From NCBI GenBank assembly GCA_017994115.1, contig JAGOLK010000004.1, positions 213-64,212 of the forward strand: 64,000 bases of DNA, in the 5' to 3' direction. This DNA comes from Clostridia bacterium (GTDB lineage: Bacteria > Bacillota > Clostridia > Lutisporales > Lutisporaceae). The notes beneath the pieces are model-generated. The model did no database searches and was not told where the DNA came from. It saw nothing but the letters and a program-made list of their open reading frames with translations. Shown piece after piece: positions 37,125-47,826 of this stretch. The translations under genes were made by a program, and so were the position numbers. Each line of letters starts with the position of its first letter. Position 1 is the stretch's first letter.

Positions 37125-38977
37125 TTGCAGACACCGCCTTCCTGAAGCAGATTAATACCGCAGCCGGTGCAGGCAGTCCTGCAATCTCTCGTCAATTCTC
37201 CCTTAAGGGATTTCTTGTACTCTCCCCTCAAATACTTCTTAGTCACTCCGACATCAATATGATCCCAAGGAAGTACTTCATCCAGCTCTCTTCGCCTTAT
37301 GGCATAAAAATCCGGATCAACTCCCGTATCTTTAAAAGCCTGCATCCAGGCATCAAAATCAAAATACTGGTCCCAGCCGTCAAATTTGCATCCCAGTTCC
37401 CATGCTCTTATGAGTACATCACAGAGCCTCCTGTCTCCCCGTGCAAATACCGCTTCCATGTAGCTGACGTAAGGCTCATGCCAGTTAAAGGTGATCTGCT
37501 TTTTCTTAATAGCCTTTTGCAGGTACTTCTGCTTTTCTATGAGAGTATTGATGGGATCCTGAGGCTCCCACTGAAAGGGAGTAAAAGGCTTGGGAACAAA
37601 GGAGGAAGCACTTGCGGTTACATTAAGGCCCTTTCCCCTTTTCTCCTTCGGTACCTGGTAATACCTGTCCACTACCTTGAATGTCAAATCTGCGATACCC
37701 TGAATGTCTTCCATTGTCTCTCCGGGCAGGCCTATCATATAATACAGCTTGACGCTGCTGTAGCCTGTTTCAAATGCAGCACCCACGGAGTTAAGCAGAT
37801 CCTCTTCGTCTACACCTTTGTTTATCACATTCCGCATTCTCTGAGTACCGGCTTCAGGTGCAAAAGTAAGGCCGCTCTTTCTTACTTTCTGAACCTCCTG
37901 GACCAGCTTTAGGGAAAAAGAATCGATTCGAAGAGAGGGAAGAGACAATCCGATTCTGCTGCTCTTATATCTTGAAACCAGCCGTTCCACCAATTCATTA
38001 AGCCTTGAGAAATCACTGGTTGACAAGGAGGACAATGAAATCTCCTCATAGCCGGAACTCTGTATCAACCTGTCCGCTATTTCCAACAACTCCTCCACTT
38101 CTCTCTCCCTTACCGGCCTGTAAATCATGCCAGCCTGGCAAAAACGGCAGCCTCTTGTGCAGCCTCTGAATATTTCAAGCATTATCCTGTCATGTACAAT
38201 ATCAATGAAGGGCACTACTATTTTGTCAGGGAAATATGAGCCCTTCAGGTTCTTTATCACCCTTTTCCTGACTTTTCCGGGGATATCCTCTTTTATTGGC
38301 TTTATTGACTTTATGGTTGAATCTTCATTATATTCAACGTTATAAAACTTCGGTACATATACTCCTCTGACAGTGGCTGCCATCTTCAAAAACTCTTCTC
38401 TGGTGCCTTTTGAACTCTTCCACTTCCTGTAATGCTCCATGACCTCCAGCAGCTGCTCCTCACCTTCCCCAAGCATGAAGAAATCCACAATGTCATAAAG
38501 AGGTTCGGGATTATATGCACAAGGCCCTCCGGCAACAACAAAAGGATGGCTTTCATTTCTTCCACCGGATCTTATGGGTATTCCGGCCAGGTCCAACATG
38601 TTCACAATGTTTGTATAGCTCATCTCATATTGAAGGGTAAAACCCACAAAATCAAAGCTGTCGATAAAATCCCTGCTCTCCAGCCCAAAAAGCTTTATGC
38701 CGGTTTTTCTCATCACTTCTTCCATATCGGGCCATGGGGCAAAAACCCTCTCACAGAAAATATCCTGCTGATCATTCAACAGGTGATACAATATCTTCAT
38801 CCCAAGGTGCGACATGCCAACCTCATATACATCGGGAAAGCAGAATGCGAATCTTATATCAACCGTTTCAGGATTCTTATGTATGCTGTTCCACTCCGTT
38901 CCAATATATCTTCCCGGCTTTTCCACCTTGGATAGCAATTCCTCATATATGAACTCCTTAGTGTTATCGTATTTCAT
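37121..38977 (-). CDS. B12-binding-domain radical SAM protein (TIGR03960-like)
   Basis: The CxxxCxxC motif CTRGCRFCQ follows an N-terminal B12-binding-like domain. Confidence 0.8.
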   Translation of the reverse strand: MKYDNTKEFIYEELLSKVEKPGRYIGTEWNSIHKNPETVDIRFAFCFPDVYEVGMSHLGMKILYHLLNDQQDIFCERVFAPWPDMEEVMRKTGIKLFGLESRDFIDSFDFVGFTLQYEMSYTNIVNMLDLAGIPIRSGGRNESHPFVVAGGPCAYNPEPLYDIVDFFMLGEGEEQLLEVMEHYRKWKSSKGTREEFLKMAATVRGVYVPKFYNVEYNEDSTIKSIKPIKEDIPGKVRKRVIKNLKGSYFPDKIVVPFIDIVHDRIMLEIFRGCTRGCRFCQAGMIYRPVREREVEELLEIADRLIQSSGYEEISLSSLSTSDFSRLNELVERLVSRYKSSRIGLSLPSLRIDSFSLKLVQEVQKVRKSGLTFAPEAGTQRMRNVINKGVDEEDLLNSVGAAFETGYSSVKLYYMIGLPGETMEDIQGIADLTFKVVDRYYQVPKEKRGKGLNVTASASSFVPKPFTPFQWEPQDPINTLIEKQKYLQKAIKKKQITFNWHEPYVSYMEAVFARGDRRLCDVLIRAWELGCKFDGWDQYFDFDAWMQAFKDTGVDPDFYAIRRRELDEVLPWDHIDVGVTKKYLRGEYKKSLKGELTRDCRTACTGCGINLLQEGGVCK

Positions 38978-39153
38978 TCGTTCCTCCTATAATTTAAGTA
39001 CACAGCTAAAAAATGCAACATATGCAGCGGCAAACATTATATATTTTTTACCGAGTTTTCAGTGGAATTCAGTGTTTTCATTGTTATCCACAATCTCGTA
39101 ACCTAATTTATATTATTACATAATTGCAGTATAAAATTCTACTGAAAGTTTAT

Positions 39154-40008
39154 CTATCCATTAATTATTTGTGTAATTCTTCCATCATATCCGTATTGAA
39201 GAAGGCCTTTTATGATTTCTTCTTCACTCAGAATCCTTTTAGACCTGCCTTTTGCATCCACTACTTCCACGCAGCATTGGGTCGCAGGGCTGAATTTGTT
39301 CACTGCCTGTCTTATCAGGTTATCCTCCTGTACTTTTATAAACCTTTTTCTTATTTCTCCCCGGGCTATCATTGCATTCTTGGTGTTATTCCCCGTAAAC
39401 AAGTAATAATACGAGCTGTTTTTCTCTTCCTTTAAAGCACCAATATATATAAATACAGCTGCAATTATAAGCGCCCCGCTTTTGCTTCCGGATGCAAGCA
39501 TGTAAATGTTGAACCCCAGAAGCAGAAGAGCTGCTATCTTGCCTGCTGACGATAAAATCTTTGTTGCCTGCCTGTATCCCATCAGGAAGCAAAGCAGATT
39601 CCTTGCAATCTTGCCTCCATCCAGCGGAATTACAGGCAAAAGGTTGAACAGGCAAATAATCAGGTTATATCTGCAGGCTGATTCCAATACCCCTGAATAC
39701 TCCCTGAAAAAACTGAATGTCAATGACAATACAAAGCTGGTGACAGGCCCTGCAGCTGAAACCACAGCTTCTGCAGCCCCTCCCAGCTTTGATAATTCTT
39801 CCATTCTGGCTATGCCTCCGTAGGGCATAAGCTCAACTTCATACACCTCAATTCTTAGTTTTTTTGCCGTCAATACATGTCCGAATTCGTGGAGCAATAC
39901 ACTGGCAAACATTATCAAGGACTGCTGCAGCCAGCCGATAATGCAGCTCACAAATAAAAAAAGGATAAAAAAAACATTTAGTTTTATCCTCACAGTCTGA
40001 GCCCCCAA
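39154..40008 (-). CDS. spoIVFB: Site-2 (M50) metalloprotease, SpoIVFB-like, with a C-terminal CBS domain
   Basis: HEFGH and NLLPVIPLDGG motifs. The gene follows an M23 protein downstream of minCDE, matching the B. subtilis spoIVF locus. Confidence 0.75.
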   Translation of the reverse strand: MGAQTVRIKLNVFFILFLFVSCIIGWLQQSLIMFASVLLHEFGHVLTAKKLRIEVYEVELMPYGGIARMEELSKLGGAAEAVVSAAGPVTSFVLSLTFSFFREYSGVLESACRYNLIICLFNLLPVIPLDGGKIARNLLCFLMGYRQATKILSSAGKIAALLLLGFNIYMLASGSKSGALIIAAVFIYIGALKEEKNSSYYYLFTGNNTKNAMIARGEIRKRFIKVQEDNLIRQAVNKFSPATQCCVEVVDAKGRSKRILSEEEIIKGLLQYGYDGRITQIING

Positions 40009-40026
40009 TGTCGCCGGTTATACTGT

Positions 40027-40761
40027 TCACTGCACTTCCATCAGCATTTCCATTGGGCTGACAGGCTTACCTGCCTCTTGTATCTCAAAATGCAGATGAG
40101 GCCCCGAGGTAATACCCGTGTCCCCTGTCTCCCCTATTATTTCTCCCTGCTGAACCTTTTGTCCCTCTTTAACAGTTATCTTATAGCAGTGGGCATATAT
40201 CACATCATATTTGCCGCTCCTTATACTTACATACTTTCCGTTTGTTTCATCCTCTCCAACTGTTGTTACCGTTCCTGCCGCAGAAGACTTAATAGGTGTG
40301 CCGATTGCTGCATCTATATCTATTCCGGTATGCATTCTCACTGTCTTGAACACCGGGTGGATTCTTTCACCGTATTCTGATGTTATTTCCCCTTCCACAG
40401 GAAATATAAAGCTTGGACTGTCTTCAAAGCTTTCTATTCCGACTTGGGCAACCCCAAGGTTCTCCTTTGCCTCCGGTACAATATTCCCAATATTTCTGAA
40501 TGTCCCCAATACCTTTGAAAAATCCATATTCCAGTTTATCGTTGTTCTTATGCCGTCAGATATCGTGTTTGCAATGCCAATATTAATATTATTCACTAAC
40601 AGTACTGCCGCTATAGCTGCAAGAGATATAAAGGACTGCATCAGAAGCCTGTCTCCGAAATTCCTTTCACCATACCGCCTTGTTTTGAAGGCCGCACCGA
40701 ATTTTCTATATTCCTTTACGTACCTTGGCCTGGGAGTATTCTCAAAATTATTGTTGTCCAT
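40027..40761 (-). CDS. M23/LytM family metallopeptidase at the SpoIVFA position
   Basis: One transmembrane helix, then the LytM motifs HTGIDI and GPHLHFE. Confidence 0.7.
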   Translation of the reverse strand: MDNNNFENTPRPRYVKEYRKFGAAFKTRRYGERNFGDRLLMQSFISLAAIAAVLLVNNINIGIANTISDGIRTTINWNMDFSKVLGTFRNIGNIVPEAKENLGVAQVGIESFEDSPSFIFPVEGEITSEYGERIHPVFKTVRMHTGIDIDAAIGTPIKSSAAGTVTTVGEDETNGKYVSIRSGKYDVIYAHCYKITVKEGQKVQQGEIIGETGDTGITSGPHLHFEIQEAGKPVSPMEMLMEVQ

Positions 40762-40829
40762 ATATTCTTTCCCCCATAGTTCTCTATAAATTAGTATATT
40801 TATATTTATATTCCAATGGAATTATGTCC

Positions 40830-40884
40830 AAAAAAATAAAAAAAGGGATATCGACTACTCGTTGAGTAATGTGCGATATCCCCC
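40830..40884 (-). terminator. Terminator after minE
   Basis: On the minus strand, GGGAUAUCG ... CGAUAUCCC is followed by UUUUUUU. Confidence 0.7.
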
Positions 40885-40889
40885 TGTTT

Positions 40890-41171
40890 CTAAATATTCA
40901 CATTGCCTTTCATTCTTTTTATCGGTATATTGGCAACCAATGCGGGTACCGTTGAATCATCAATCTCCCTTTTTGTTCTGGTAAGCTTGATTTCAAGCCC
41001 TGCTTCGTCTATTTCCATATAATCTGATATTACCTTAATGAGTTCTCCCTTTATCATTTCAAGAAATTGAGGAGATACATTGGCCCTGTCATGGATCAAT
41101 ACCAATTTTAATCTTTCCTTGGCTATATCCTTACTGCTTGTACTTCTGTTAAACCACTTGAACAAATCCAT
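40890..41171 (-). CDS. minE: Cell division topological specificity factor MinE
   Basis: 93 aa, KERLKLVLIHDR pattern. Confidence 0.9.
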   Translation of the reverse strand: MDLFKWFNRSTSSKDIAKERLKLVLIHDRANVSPQFLEMIKGELIKVISDYMEIDEAGLEIKLTRTKREIDDSTVPALVANIPIKRMKGNVNI

Positions 41172-41186
41172 AACTCACACCTCCTC

Positions 41187-41993
41187 TTACTGCTTTTTCT
41201 TATTCAATCCGAAAAGTTTTGCCACCCTCTTGAAAAAACCGTCCTCCGATTCAAGATTCATAAAAGGAATATCTTCTCCCAGTACTCTCCTTACAATATT
41301 CCTATAGGCTTGTCCCGCCAAGGACTGTTCTATTGCAATGGCAGGCTCTCCTCTGTTGGTAGAAACGACAATCAAATCATCATCCGGAACCACCCCTAAA
41401 AGATCAATGGCGAGTATATCTATCATGTCATCAATGTTCATCATATCTCCGCGTTTGACCATATCCATCTTGATCCTGTTTATAATAAGCATTGGGTTCC
41501 TTAATCCGCTTGCTTCCAGAAGCCCGATAATCCTATCCGCATCTCTGACAGCCGATACCTCAGGGGTTGTAACTACTATTGCCTTATTTGCACCTGCTAT
41601 TGCATTCTTGAAGCCCTGCTCGATACCTGCGGGGCAATCCAATATTACGTAATCAAATTCTTCCGCAAGATCTCCGGTGAGTTTTTGCATCTGTTCGGGA
41701 TTAACAGCATTCTTGTCTTTTGTTTGCGCTGCCGGAAGCAGGTACAGGTTGGGAAACCGCTTGTCCTTTATCAGTGCCTGTCTCTGTCTGCAAACACCCT
41801 CTACAACATCAACAAGATCATAAACTATTCTGTTTTCCAAGCCCATCACAACGTCCAGATTCCTGAGTCCTATATCTGCATCAACCAGAACGACGCTCTT
41901 CCCTTTAAGAGCCAAACCGGTGCCTATATTAGCCGTAGTAGTTGTTTTCCCGACTCCGCCTTTCCCTGATGTAACAACGATCACTTCACCCAT
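41187..41993 (-). CDS. minD: Septum site-determining ATPase MinD
   Basis: A deviant Walker A (SGKGGVGKTT) and a C-terminal amphipathic helix. Confidence 0.95.
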   Translation of the reverse strand: MGEVIVVTSGKGGVGKTTTTANIGTGLALKGKSVVLVDADIGLRNLDVVMGLENRIVYDLVDVVEGVCRQRQALIKDKRFPNLYLLPAAQTKDKNAVNPEQMQKLTGDLAEEFDYVILDCPAGIEQGFKNAIAGANKAIVVTTPEVSAVRDADRIIGLLEASGLRNPMLIINRIKMDMVKRGDMMNIDDMIDILAIDLLGVVPDDDLIVVSTNRGEPAIAIEQSLAGQAYRNIVRRVLGEDIPFMNLESEDGFFKRVAKLFGLNKKKQ

Positions 41994-42044
41994 TATATTA
42001 CCTCCATAATTTATTGTATCAGCATATTTATATGGTATACTCTA

Positions 42045-42707
42045 TCATTTCTTCAAATATGGCTCAACAACTATCATTCCTTGTTTGACCAATGCAATCT
42101 CAGGATTATCCGACTTGCTGCCCATTCCATCCGGAGATCTTGTTATTATATCTCCTATTCTCAGCTGAGAAGGCTGCATTTTATATGCGACAATGAATGC
42201 CCCATAGTCGCCGTTGGCTCCTGCCTGAATAATCCCTCTTACGGTTCCCATTACAATAACAGATCCGGCTGCTTTGATGTGAGCTCCGGGATTCACATCC
42301 CCAATCACCACAACGTCTCCTTTATATTGAATTAACTGGCCCGACCTGAGTGTTGCCCTGACTATCAGCGCTTCTCCCTTATGCACATTATCAAAAGGAA
42401 GCTGTTCCAGTATTTCCGGCTTTTTGCTCACGGGATGCTCTTCCTGTACAGGATAGTCCTTTTCGTTATAGCTTCCTATTACTGTCATGCCATATTCCTG
42501 CTCCATGATTTCCTTAAGCTCATCAAACTCATCCTGAGTAAGTTTCTTTCCCTTGAAGTTCATAATATTTGCGCCTTCAAAAAAACGCTTGGAGGGTTTG
42601 ATTTTCTTTTCTAAATTGTATTTTATGGTATTCAAATCCATTTCTTCTTTGAGTATTATATATAATCCGTCTTTCGTACCTTTGAATATCACTGCATTTT
42701 CTGCCAT
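42045..42707 (-). CDS. minC: Septum site-determining protein MinC
   Basis: The start is at MAENAVIFKG, 7 nt after AGGGGG. The C-terminal beta-helix repeats are GDVNPGAHIKAAGSVIVMG. Confidence 0.85.
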   Translation of the reverse strand: MAENAVIFKGTKDGLYIILKEEMDLNTIKYNLEKKIKPSKRFFEGANIMNFKGKKLTQDEFDELKEIMEQEYGMTVIGSYNEKDYPVQEEHPVSKKPEILEQLPFDNVHKGEALIVRATLRSGQLIQYKGDVVVIGDVNPGAHIKAAGSVIVMGTVRGIIQAGANGDYGAFIVAYKMQPSQLRIGDIITRSPDGMGSKSDNPEIALVKQGMIVVEPYLKK

Positions 42708-42806
42708 GGCAGTACCCCCTGATTCCGGATATATCGTCTTATATGCATAGTCTAATATTTCTTCATAATTGCGATAAATCCTTCTTTCCAATGAAAAAAT
42801 GCATCC

Positions 42807-45248
42807 CTACGGCACTATTTCATTGTCAATATGCATATTATCCTTAGTCTCCTCAGGTGCCAGGTAAGCTTCAATTATTTCCCTGGCAACCGGTGCGGGA
42901 TAGTTTCCGTGGCCACCCTGGGTTATCATCACCACAACGGCAATCTCGGGTTTTTCATAGGGAGCAAAGGCGGCAAACCACGCATGGGCATCATAACCTT
43001 TTCCTACTTCTGCAGTTCCCGTTTTGCCTGATATTATAACCTTGCTGCCTATGAAAGCACTTCTCGCTGTTCCGCCGGCTTCATTGGTAACAGCATACAT
43101 TCCCCTCTTTATCGCTTCAAGACTGGCGGGGGAAATATCTATCTTCTCCACTGCTTCCGGCTGTTTTTCCAGCTTTACGTTGCCATCATAGTCTATGACC
43201 TTATCTACCAGGTAAGGTTTATACCTTGTACCTCCATTCACTATAGACGCAACAGCGTTTGCAAGCTGAAGAGGAGTAACACCGTTCATTCCCTGTCCGA
43301 TTGTTGCGTTCAGCACATCTCCGGGCTGATACTTGCTGTCCCTTATATATCTCCACACCCGTTCAATCGCCTTTGAATCATTAATACCAAGTTCTTTGAG
43401 TTTTGACCTTACTTTGGCTTCTCCCGGATTATTATCCAAGTATCCTTTTATTTCATCACGGACATTCTTATCATTTATCTTCAGATTATTTACAAGATAG
43501 TTGTCAAGATATCTCCTGAACAGATCTTTTTTATATGTCGGACCTTCTACAGTTCCCTTATACTCTGAGAGCAGCTCTATACCTGTTTTCTCGCCTAAGC
43601 CGAATTTCTTCGCATATTCTTCAAATACTTCTCCTCCCATTCTTCTGCCTACCTCGAAGAAGAAATAGTTACATGAATTCTTAATTGCCTGGGATACATT
43701 CTGGCTGTAATGGGGAATACCCGTGGATTTAAATATTGAACAGGACGGAGATACCCCGGGTATAGCTGTATAATAGCCTTTATCGTATATCGTTTCCGAA
43801 GGAGTTATTACCTTGCTTTCCAATCCCGCCACTGCACTAACCAGCTTCATGGTTGATCCGGGGGAAAGGATCGATGAAATTGCATTATTCATCAGCGGCT
43901 TAGGTGCATACACATCCTTGCTTTTGGGCTGCAGGCTCTTCCAATCCTCACTGCTGATTCCTGCCGCAAACAGATTCGGATCAAATCTGGGTTCACTTGC
44001 CAGGGCAAGAATCTTTCCCGTATTCACATCTATTGCTACCGCAGCTCCGGAGGTTGCATTAGGATATGGCTTATCCTTCACTATACCTTTTCTTATATTC
44101 TCCATAGTCTTTGCCAGGGAATCCTCAGCTGTTTTCTGAAGCTTGGCGTCAATGGTCAGAAAAACCGTATCACCGGGAACAGGATCTATTTCATTTATTG
44201 TATTTATCAGCGTCCCGTTTACATCTACCTCTATCTGCCTGGAACCATCCTTACCCTTAAGATATTCTTCCATGGAATTCTCTATGCCGGACTTTCCAAT
44301 CAGGTCCTGGGGAGTGTATCCTTTACTTGACAACTCCTCAAGCTCACTTCCAATCATACCCATATAGCCGATAATGTGGCTGGCAAAATCCCTTCCCGCA
44401 TATGATCTGATGGGCTTCTGGATTATCTCCACACCGGGAAGAAAAATCTTGCTCTCTTCTATCTTGGCCCTTGTTTCCATCTTGATATTTGCGGCTATTT
44501 CTACCGGTTCATATGCTTTATATCTGTTCTGTCCAACCAGATACTTGACTGCCAGAATCTTTTTTGCCTTTTCATCATCATAGATATCTCTGGGGATTTT
44601 ATATTTGCTGCAAAGTACATCAAATATCTCAGACGCACTTTTCTCAGGCCCGAAGCCATGGCTTTGCTTCCATTTTATCTCAGACTTCCGGAAAGAAAAT
44701 TCAAACTCATTGATGTCAAAAGGCAGTTCTACGCTTTTTTCATCCCTCAGGATTTCATAAGCTTCAAGATCAATGGTATCTGCCGGAATGCCATAATCCA
44801 ATCTAAGCTTCATAAAAGCGTCCTTTGCAGATGCACTTTCCGGAATACCGTACTTCTTCTTCCAGTTGATTTCATCATCCTGATAAGAAAACCTTATGGG
44901 ATTAATGAGTATTGGTATTTCATCCTTATAGGTATCGCCGTTCTGTTCAATTATATTAATTACAGACAGCGCAATATCGTTCAATGTATCCTGGGGTACA
45001 TCCGTTTTCATTATATTAACGGAATAGCTCTGCTTGTTTCCTGCAATAAGCCGTCCGAATTTGTCTACAATATGCCCTCTGGGTGCAGTTACTGAAATAT
45101 TCCTTGTCCTCAAGGTCTCAGACTTTTTCCGGTAATATTCTCCTTTTACCAGCTGCAAGTCTGCCAGTCTGAATGCCATAACCAAAAAAACCAAGACTGT
45201 TACCGCCCTGATGATATCAAGCCTATTACTAAAATATTTCTTAAACAT
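42807..45248 (-). CDS. mrdA: Penicillin-binding protein 2 (class B transpeptidase) of the mre cluster
   Basis: SxxK is PGSTMK and SxN is SCN. The KTG triad is GKTGTA. The start is probably MFKKYF (45248). The protein is long because of an internally duplicated segment. Confidence 0.85.
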   Translation of the reverse strand: MFKKYFSNRLDIIRAVTVLVFLVMAFRLADLQLVKGEYYRKKSETLRTRNISVTAPRGHIVDKFGRLIAGNKQSYSVNIMKTDVPQDTLNDIALSVINIIEQNGDTYKDEIPILINPIRFSYQDDEINWKKKYGIPESASAKDAFMKLRLDYGIPADTIDLEAYEILRDEKSVELPFDINEFEFSFRKSEIKWKQSHGFGPEKSASEIFDVLCSKYKIPRDIYDDEKAKKILAVKYLVGQNRYKAYEPVEIAANIKMETRAKIEESKIFLPGVEIIQKPIRSYAGRDFASHIIGYMGMIGSELEELSSKGYTPQDLIGKSGIENSMEEYLKGKDGSRQIEVDVNGTLINTINEIDPVPGDTVFLTIDAKLQKTAEDSLAKTMENIRKGIVKDKPYPNATSGAAVAIDVNTGKILALASEPRFDPNLFAAGISSEDWKSLQPKSKDVYAPKPLMNNAISSILSPGSTMKLVSAVAGLESKVITPSETIYDKGYYTAIPGVSPSCSIFKSTGIPHYSQNVSQAIKNSCNYFFFEVGRRMGGEVFEEYAKKFGLGEKTGIELLSEYKGTVEGPTYKKDLFRRYLDNYLVNNLKINDKNVRDEIKGYLDNNPGEAKVRSKLKELGINDSKAIERVWRYIRDSKYQPGDVLNATIGQGMNGVTPLQLANAVASIVNGGTRYKPYLVDKVIDYDGNVKLEKQPEAVEKIDISPASLEAIKRGMYAVTNEAGGTARSAFIGSKVIISGKTGTAEVGKGYDAHAWFAAFAPYEKPEIAVVVMITQGGHGNYPAPVAREIIEAYLAPEETKDNMHIDNEIVP

Positions 45249-45293
45249 ATTACCATCTACTCCCCATAACCTGCATCTCATGTCCGGTGTCTA

Positions 45294-45812
45294 TCAGTAT
45301 ATCCTTCTGTCCATGAAAGAGGTTTCGTCCAACTTATAAATAAACCTGTAAACTATCGAACCCACTATAGCATTATATAATGCCTGAGGCAGAATCACCT
45401 GCAGCAGCATATATATGTATGAGTTCCCTGCGCTTGGAAAATCATTGGAAAAATATGAAACAAGCAAAAAGCTATGCTGAAGAATGATAATTGCAATAAG
45501 GTTAAAAATGAAAGGAGGTATAAAACTGTCCTTAAATACTTTTTCATGAGCTTGTCCTATTATATACCCGGTCACCATATAAGACAGGGCGTTGATGCCT
45601 ATGACTCTGGCATACATAATATCTATCAGTAATCCTATTCCAAGGCCTGTAAAAGCGCCGAAGGCGCTTCCCCTCATAATTGCATATGCTACGATAATCA
45701 TTATTGAAAAGTCCGGCTTTATCCCATTAATACGGGTATATTGAAATAATGTCGATTCTAGTATGACATTAAAAACAGCCAGTATACAAATAACCGCTAT
45801 TCTCACAAGCAA
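45294..45812 (-). CDS. mreD: Rod shape-determining protein MreD
   Basis: A 172 aa polytopic membrane protein downstream of mreC. Confidence 0.8.
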   Translation of the reverse strand: MLVRIAVICILAVFNVILESTLFQYTRINGIKPDFSIMIIVAYAIMRGSAFGAFTGLGIGLLIDIMYARVIGINALSYMVTGYIIGQAHEKVFKDSFIPPFIFNLIAIIILQHSFLLVSYFSNDFPSAGNSYIYMLLQVILPQALYNAIVGSIVYRFIYKLDETSFMDRRIY

Positions 45813-45823
45813 TCCCTCACATT

Positions 45824-46633
45824 TTACTTGGAGGCTTTGATTACAAATACCTCTTCAAGCCTTTTAAAGTCAACTGATGGCTCGATAATTACCACCTTCT
45901 GCAGCTTTTTTTCCTGTTTCTCCACGCTCTTCACTTTGCCTATATGCAGGCCCTTTGGCAAAGTGCTGTACTCCGAAGTAATAATATCGTCACCTTTGAC
46001 TATGTCCGCCTCAAGCTCCATTATTGCTATAACATCAGAGTCCGCACTGCCTGATACAATTCCCATATCCCTTGTCCTGTTCACAATTATGCTAATAGAG
46101 CTTCTTTCATCAATAATAGCCATAAGCTTTGAATAATTTGCACCTGTCTCAATAATTTTTCCTACGAGATAACCATGGCCTACTATTACGGCATCATTGA
46201 CTTGAATTCCATCCCTGGACCCTTTATTAATCGTATATACATCATACCAGTTTCCGGGATCTCTTCCGGTAACATTGGCTCCAATATATTCAAACTGAGT
46301 ATTTGTATCCTTGAATTCCAAAAGGCTCCGCAGCCTGCCGTTTTCCAATGCCATTTGTATAAGCTGCCTGTTTTGCTCTTTCAGCTTCTCGACCTCCGCC
46401 TTAAGATTTTCATTTTCCGTTTTAAGGTTTTTCAAATCGTATAAGCTCTTGAAGGTATTCTTAAAAAACTCCCCCGAAGAGTAGAATACACTCTGAACAG
46501 GAGTTATTATTCTTCCAAAAATACCATCAATCACACCCGGTCTTGTCCTACCTTGAGATGTAACAGCAATTAATGATATTAATAGTATTGATATTAATAC
46601 AACAGAAATAAGGAGCTTATTCCTAATTTTCAT
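45824..46633 (-). CDS. mreC: Rod shape-determining protein MreC
   Basis: A transmembrane helix, a coiled coil (LKTENENLKAEVEKLKEQN) and a beta-barrel domain. Confidence 0.9.
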   Translation of the reverse strand: MKIRNKLLISVVLISILLISLIAVTSQGRTRPGVIDGIFGRIITPVQSVFYSSGEFFKNTFKSLYDLKNLKTENENLKAEVEKLKEQNRQLIQMALENGRLRSLLEFKDTNTQFEYIGANVTGRDPGNWYDVYTINKGSRDGIQVNDAVIVGHGYLVGKIIETGANYSKLMAIIDERSSISIIVNRTRDMGIVSGSADSDVIAIMELEADIVKGDDIITSEYSTLPKGLHIGKVKSVEKQEKKLQKVVIIEPSVDFKRLEEVFVIKASK

Positions 46634-46655
46634 ATTTTTAAAACCTCACAAAACC

Positions 46656-47684
46656 TTATCTCCTGTGCTTCCCGGAATATGATTTGCTTATTTCGTCATA
46701 TTGCTCCAAAGCTTTGCCCGTTCCAATTGCCACACAATCCAACGGATTCTCGGCTACCTGCACCGGCATTCCTGTTTCGTGCTTCACCAGAATATCCAAT
46801 CCGTGCAGAAGCGCTCCTCCACCGGAAAGCATTATCCCTCTGTCCATTATATCAGCAGCCAGCTCAGGAGGCGTCTTCTCCAGAGTACTCTTAATGCCGT
46901 CCAGAATTATTGCAATGGGCTCTCTTAAAGCTTCAAGAATTTCCTCGCTTGTAACCTTTATTGTTTTGGGCAAACCCGTGATCAAGTCCCTTCCTTTAAT
47001 GTCCATTGAACCTTCTGATGTATTAGGATATGCAGACCCGATTGCAATTTTTATCTCCTCGCCGGTACGCTCTCCAATTGCCAAATTATACATCCTCTTT
47101 ATATAATGTACAATTGCTTCATCCTGTTTGTCTCCAGCCGCCCTTATGGATTTGCTCGTTACAATCCCTCCCAGGGAAATCACAGCTATTTCGGTAGTAC
47201 CTCCGCCCATATTGACTATCATGCTTCCCGTTGGCTCTCCAACTGGTAAACCGGCTCCAATTGCTGCTGCCATCGGCTCTTCAATAAGTCTTGCAATACG
47301 TGCGCCTGCCTGCATTGCTGCTTCTTCAACAGCTCTTCTTTCTACTTCTGTAATACCTGAAGGAACACTTACAAGAACCCTGGGCTTTCCTACCGGGGAA
47401 CCTGCATAGGCTCTTCCTATGAAGTACTTTATCATTCTGTGGGTAACGTTGAAATCGGCAATTACCCCATCCCTCATAGGCCTTATTGCTACAATATTGC
47501 CGGGGGTTCTGCCAATCATTTTTTTTGCTTCGTCTCCTACAGCCATTACAGCATTGGTATCAAGCTTCATAGCAACAACAGACGGCTCTCTTACAACAAT
47601 TCCTTTACCCCTCACATACACCAGTGTATTTGCGGTGCCCAAATCTATACCAATATCCTTTGACAAAAAATTAAACAAGCCCAT
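46656..47684 (-). CDS. mreB: Rod shape-determining actin homologue MreB
   Basis: The start is [20 protein letters not shown], after AAGGAGG. The ORF track begins 22 codons upstream. Confidence 0.95.
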   Translation of the reverse strand: MGLFNFLSKDIGIDLGTANTLVYVRGKGIVVREPSVVAMKLDTNAVMAVGDEAKKMIGRTPGNIVAIRPMRDGVIADFNVTHRMIKYFIGRAYAGSPVGKPRVLVSVPSGITEVERRAVEEAAMQAGARIARLIEEPMAAAIGAGLPVGEPTGSMIVNMGGGTTEIAVISLGGIVTSKSIRAAGDKQDEAIVHYIKRMYNLAIGERTGEEIKIAIGSAYPNTSEGSMDIKGRDLITGLPKTIKVTSEEILEALREPIAIILDGIKSTLEKTPPELAADIMDRGIMLSGGGALLHGLDILVKHETGMPVQVAENPLDCVAIGTGKALEQYDEISKSYSGKHRR

Positions 47685-47826
47685 AATATATGTCCTCCTT
47701 AACAAAATACACACATCAACTGTACAACGGATTTTACTGTATAAAGGCAAAAATAGTTATATAAACCTTTTATATATGTTTTACAAATGGAAAACAAGTT
47801 ATTCACTTTTAACACCCGAAAAAACA

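Noticed and set aside
40027-40761. Calling the M23 protein spoIVFA outright
   Set aside because: The position matches spoIVFA, but the protein retains apparently intact LytM catalytic motifs, whereas B. subtilis SpoIVFA is degenerate. I therefore left the call as an M23 peptidase at the SpoIVFA position.
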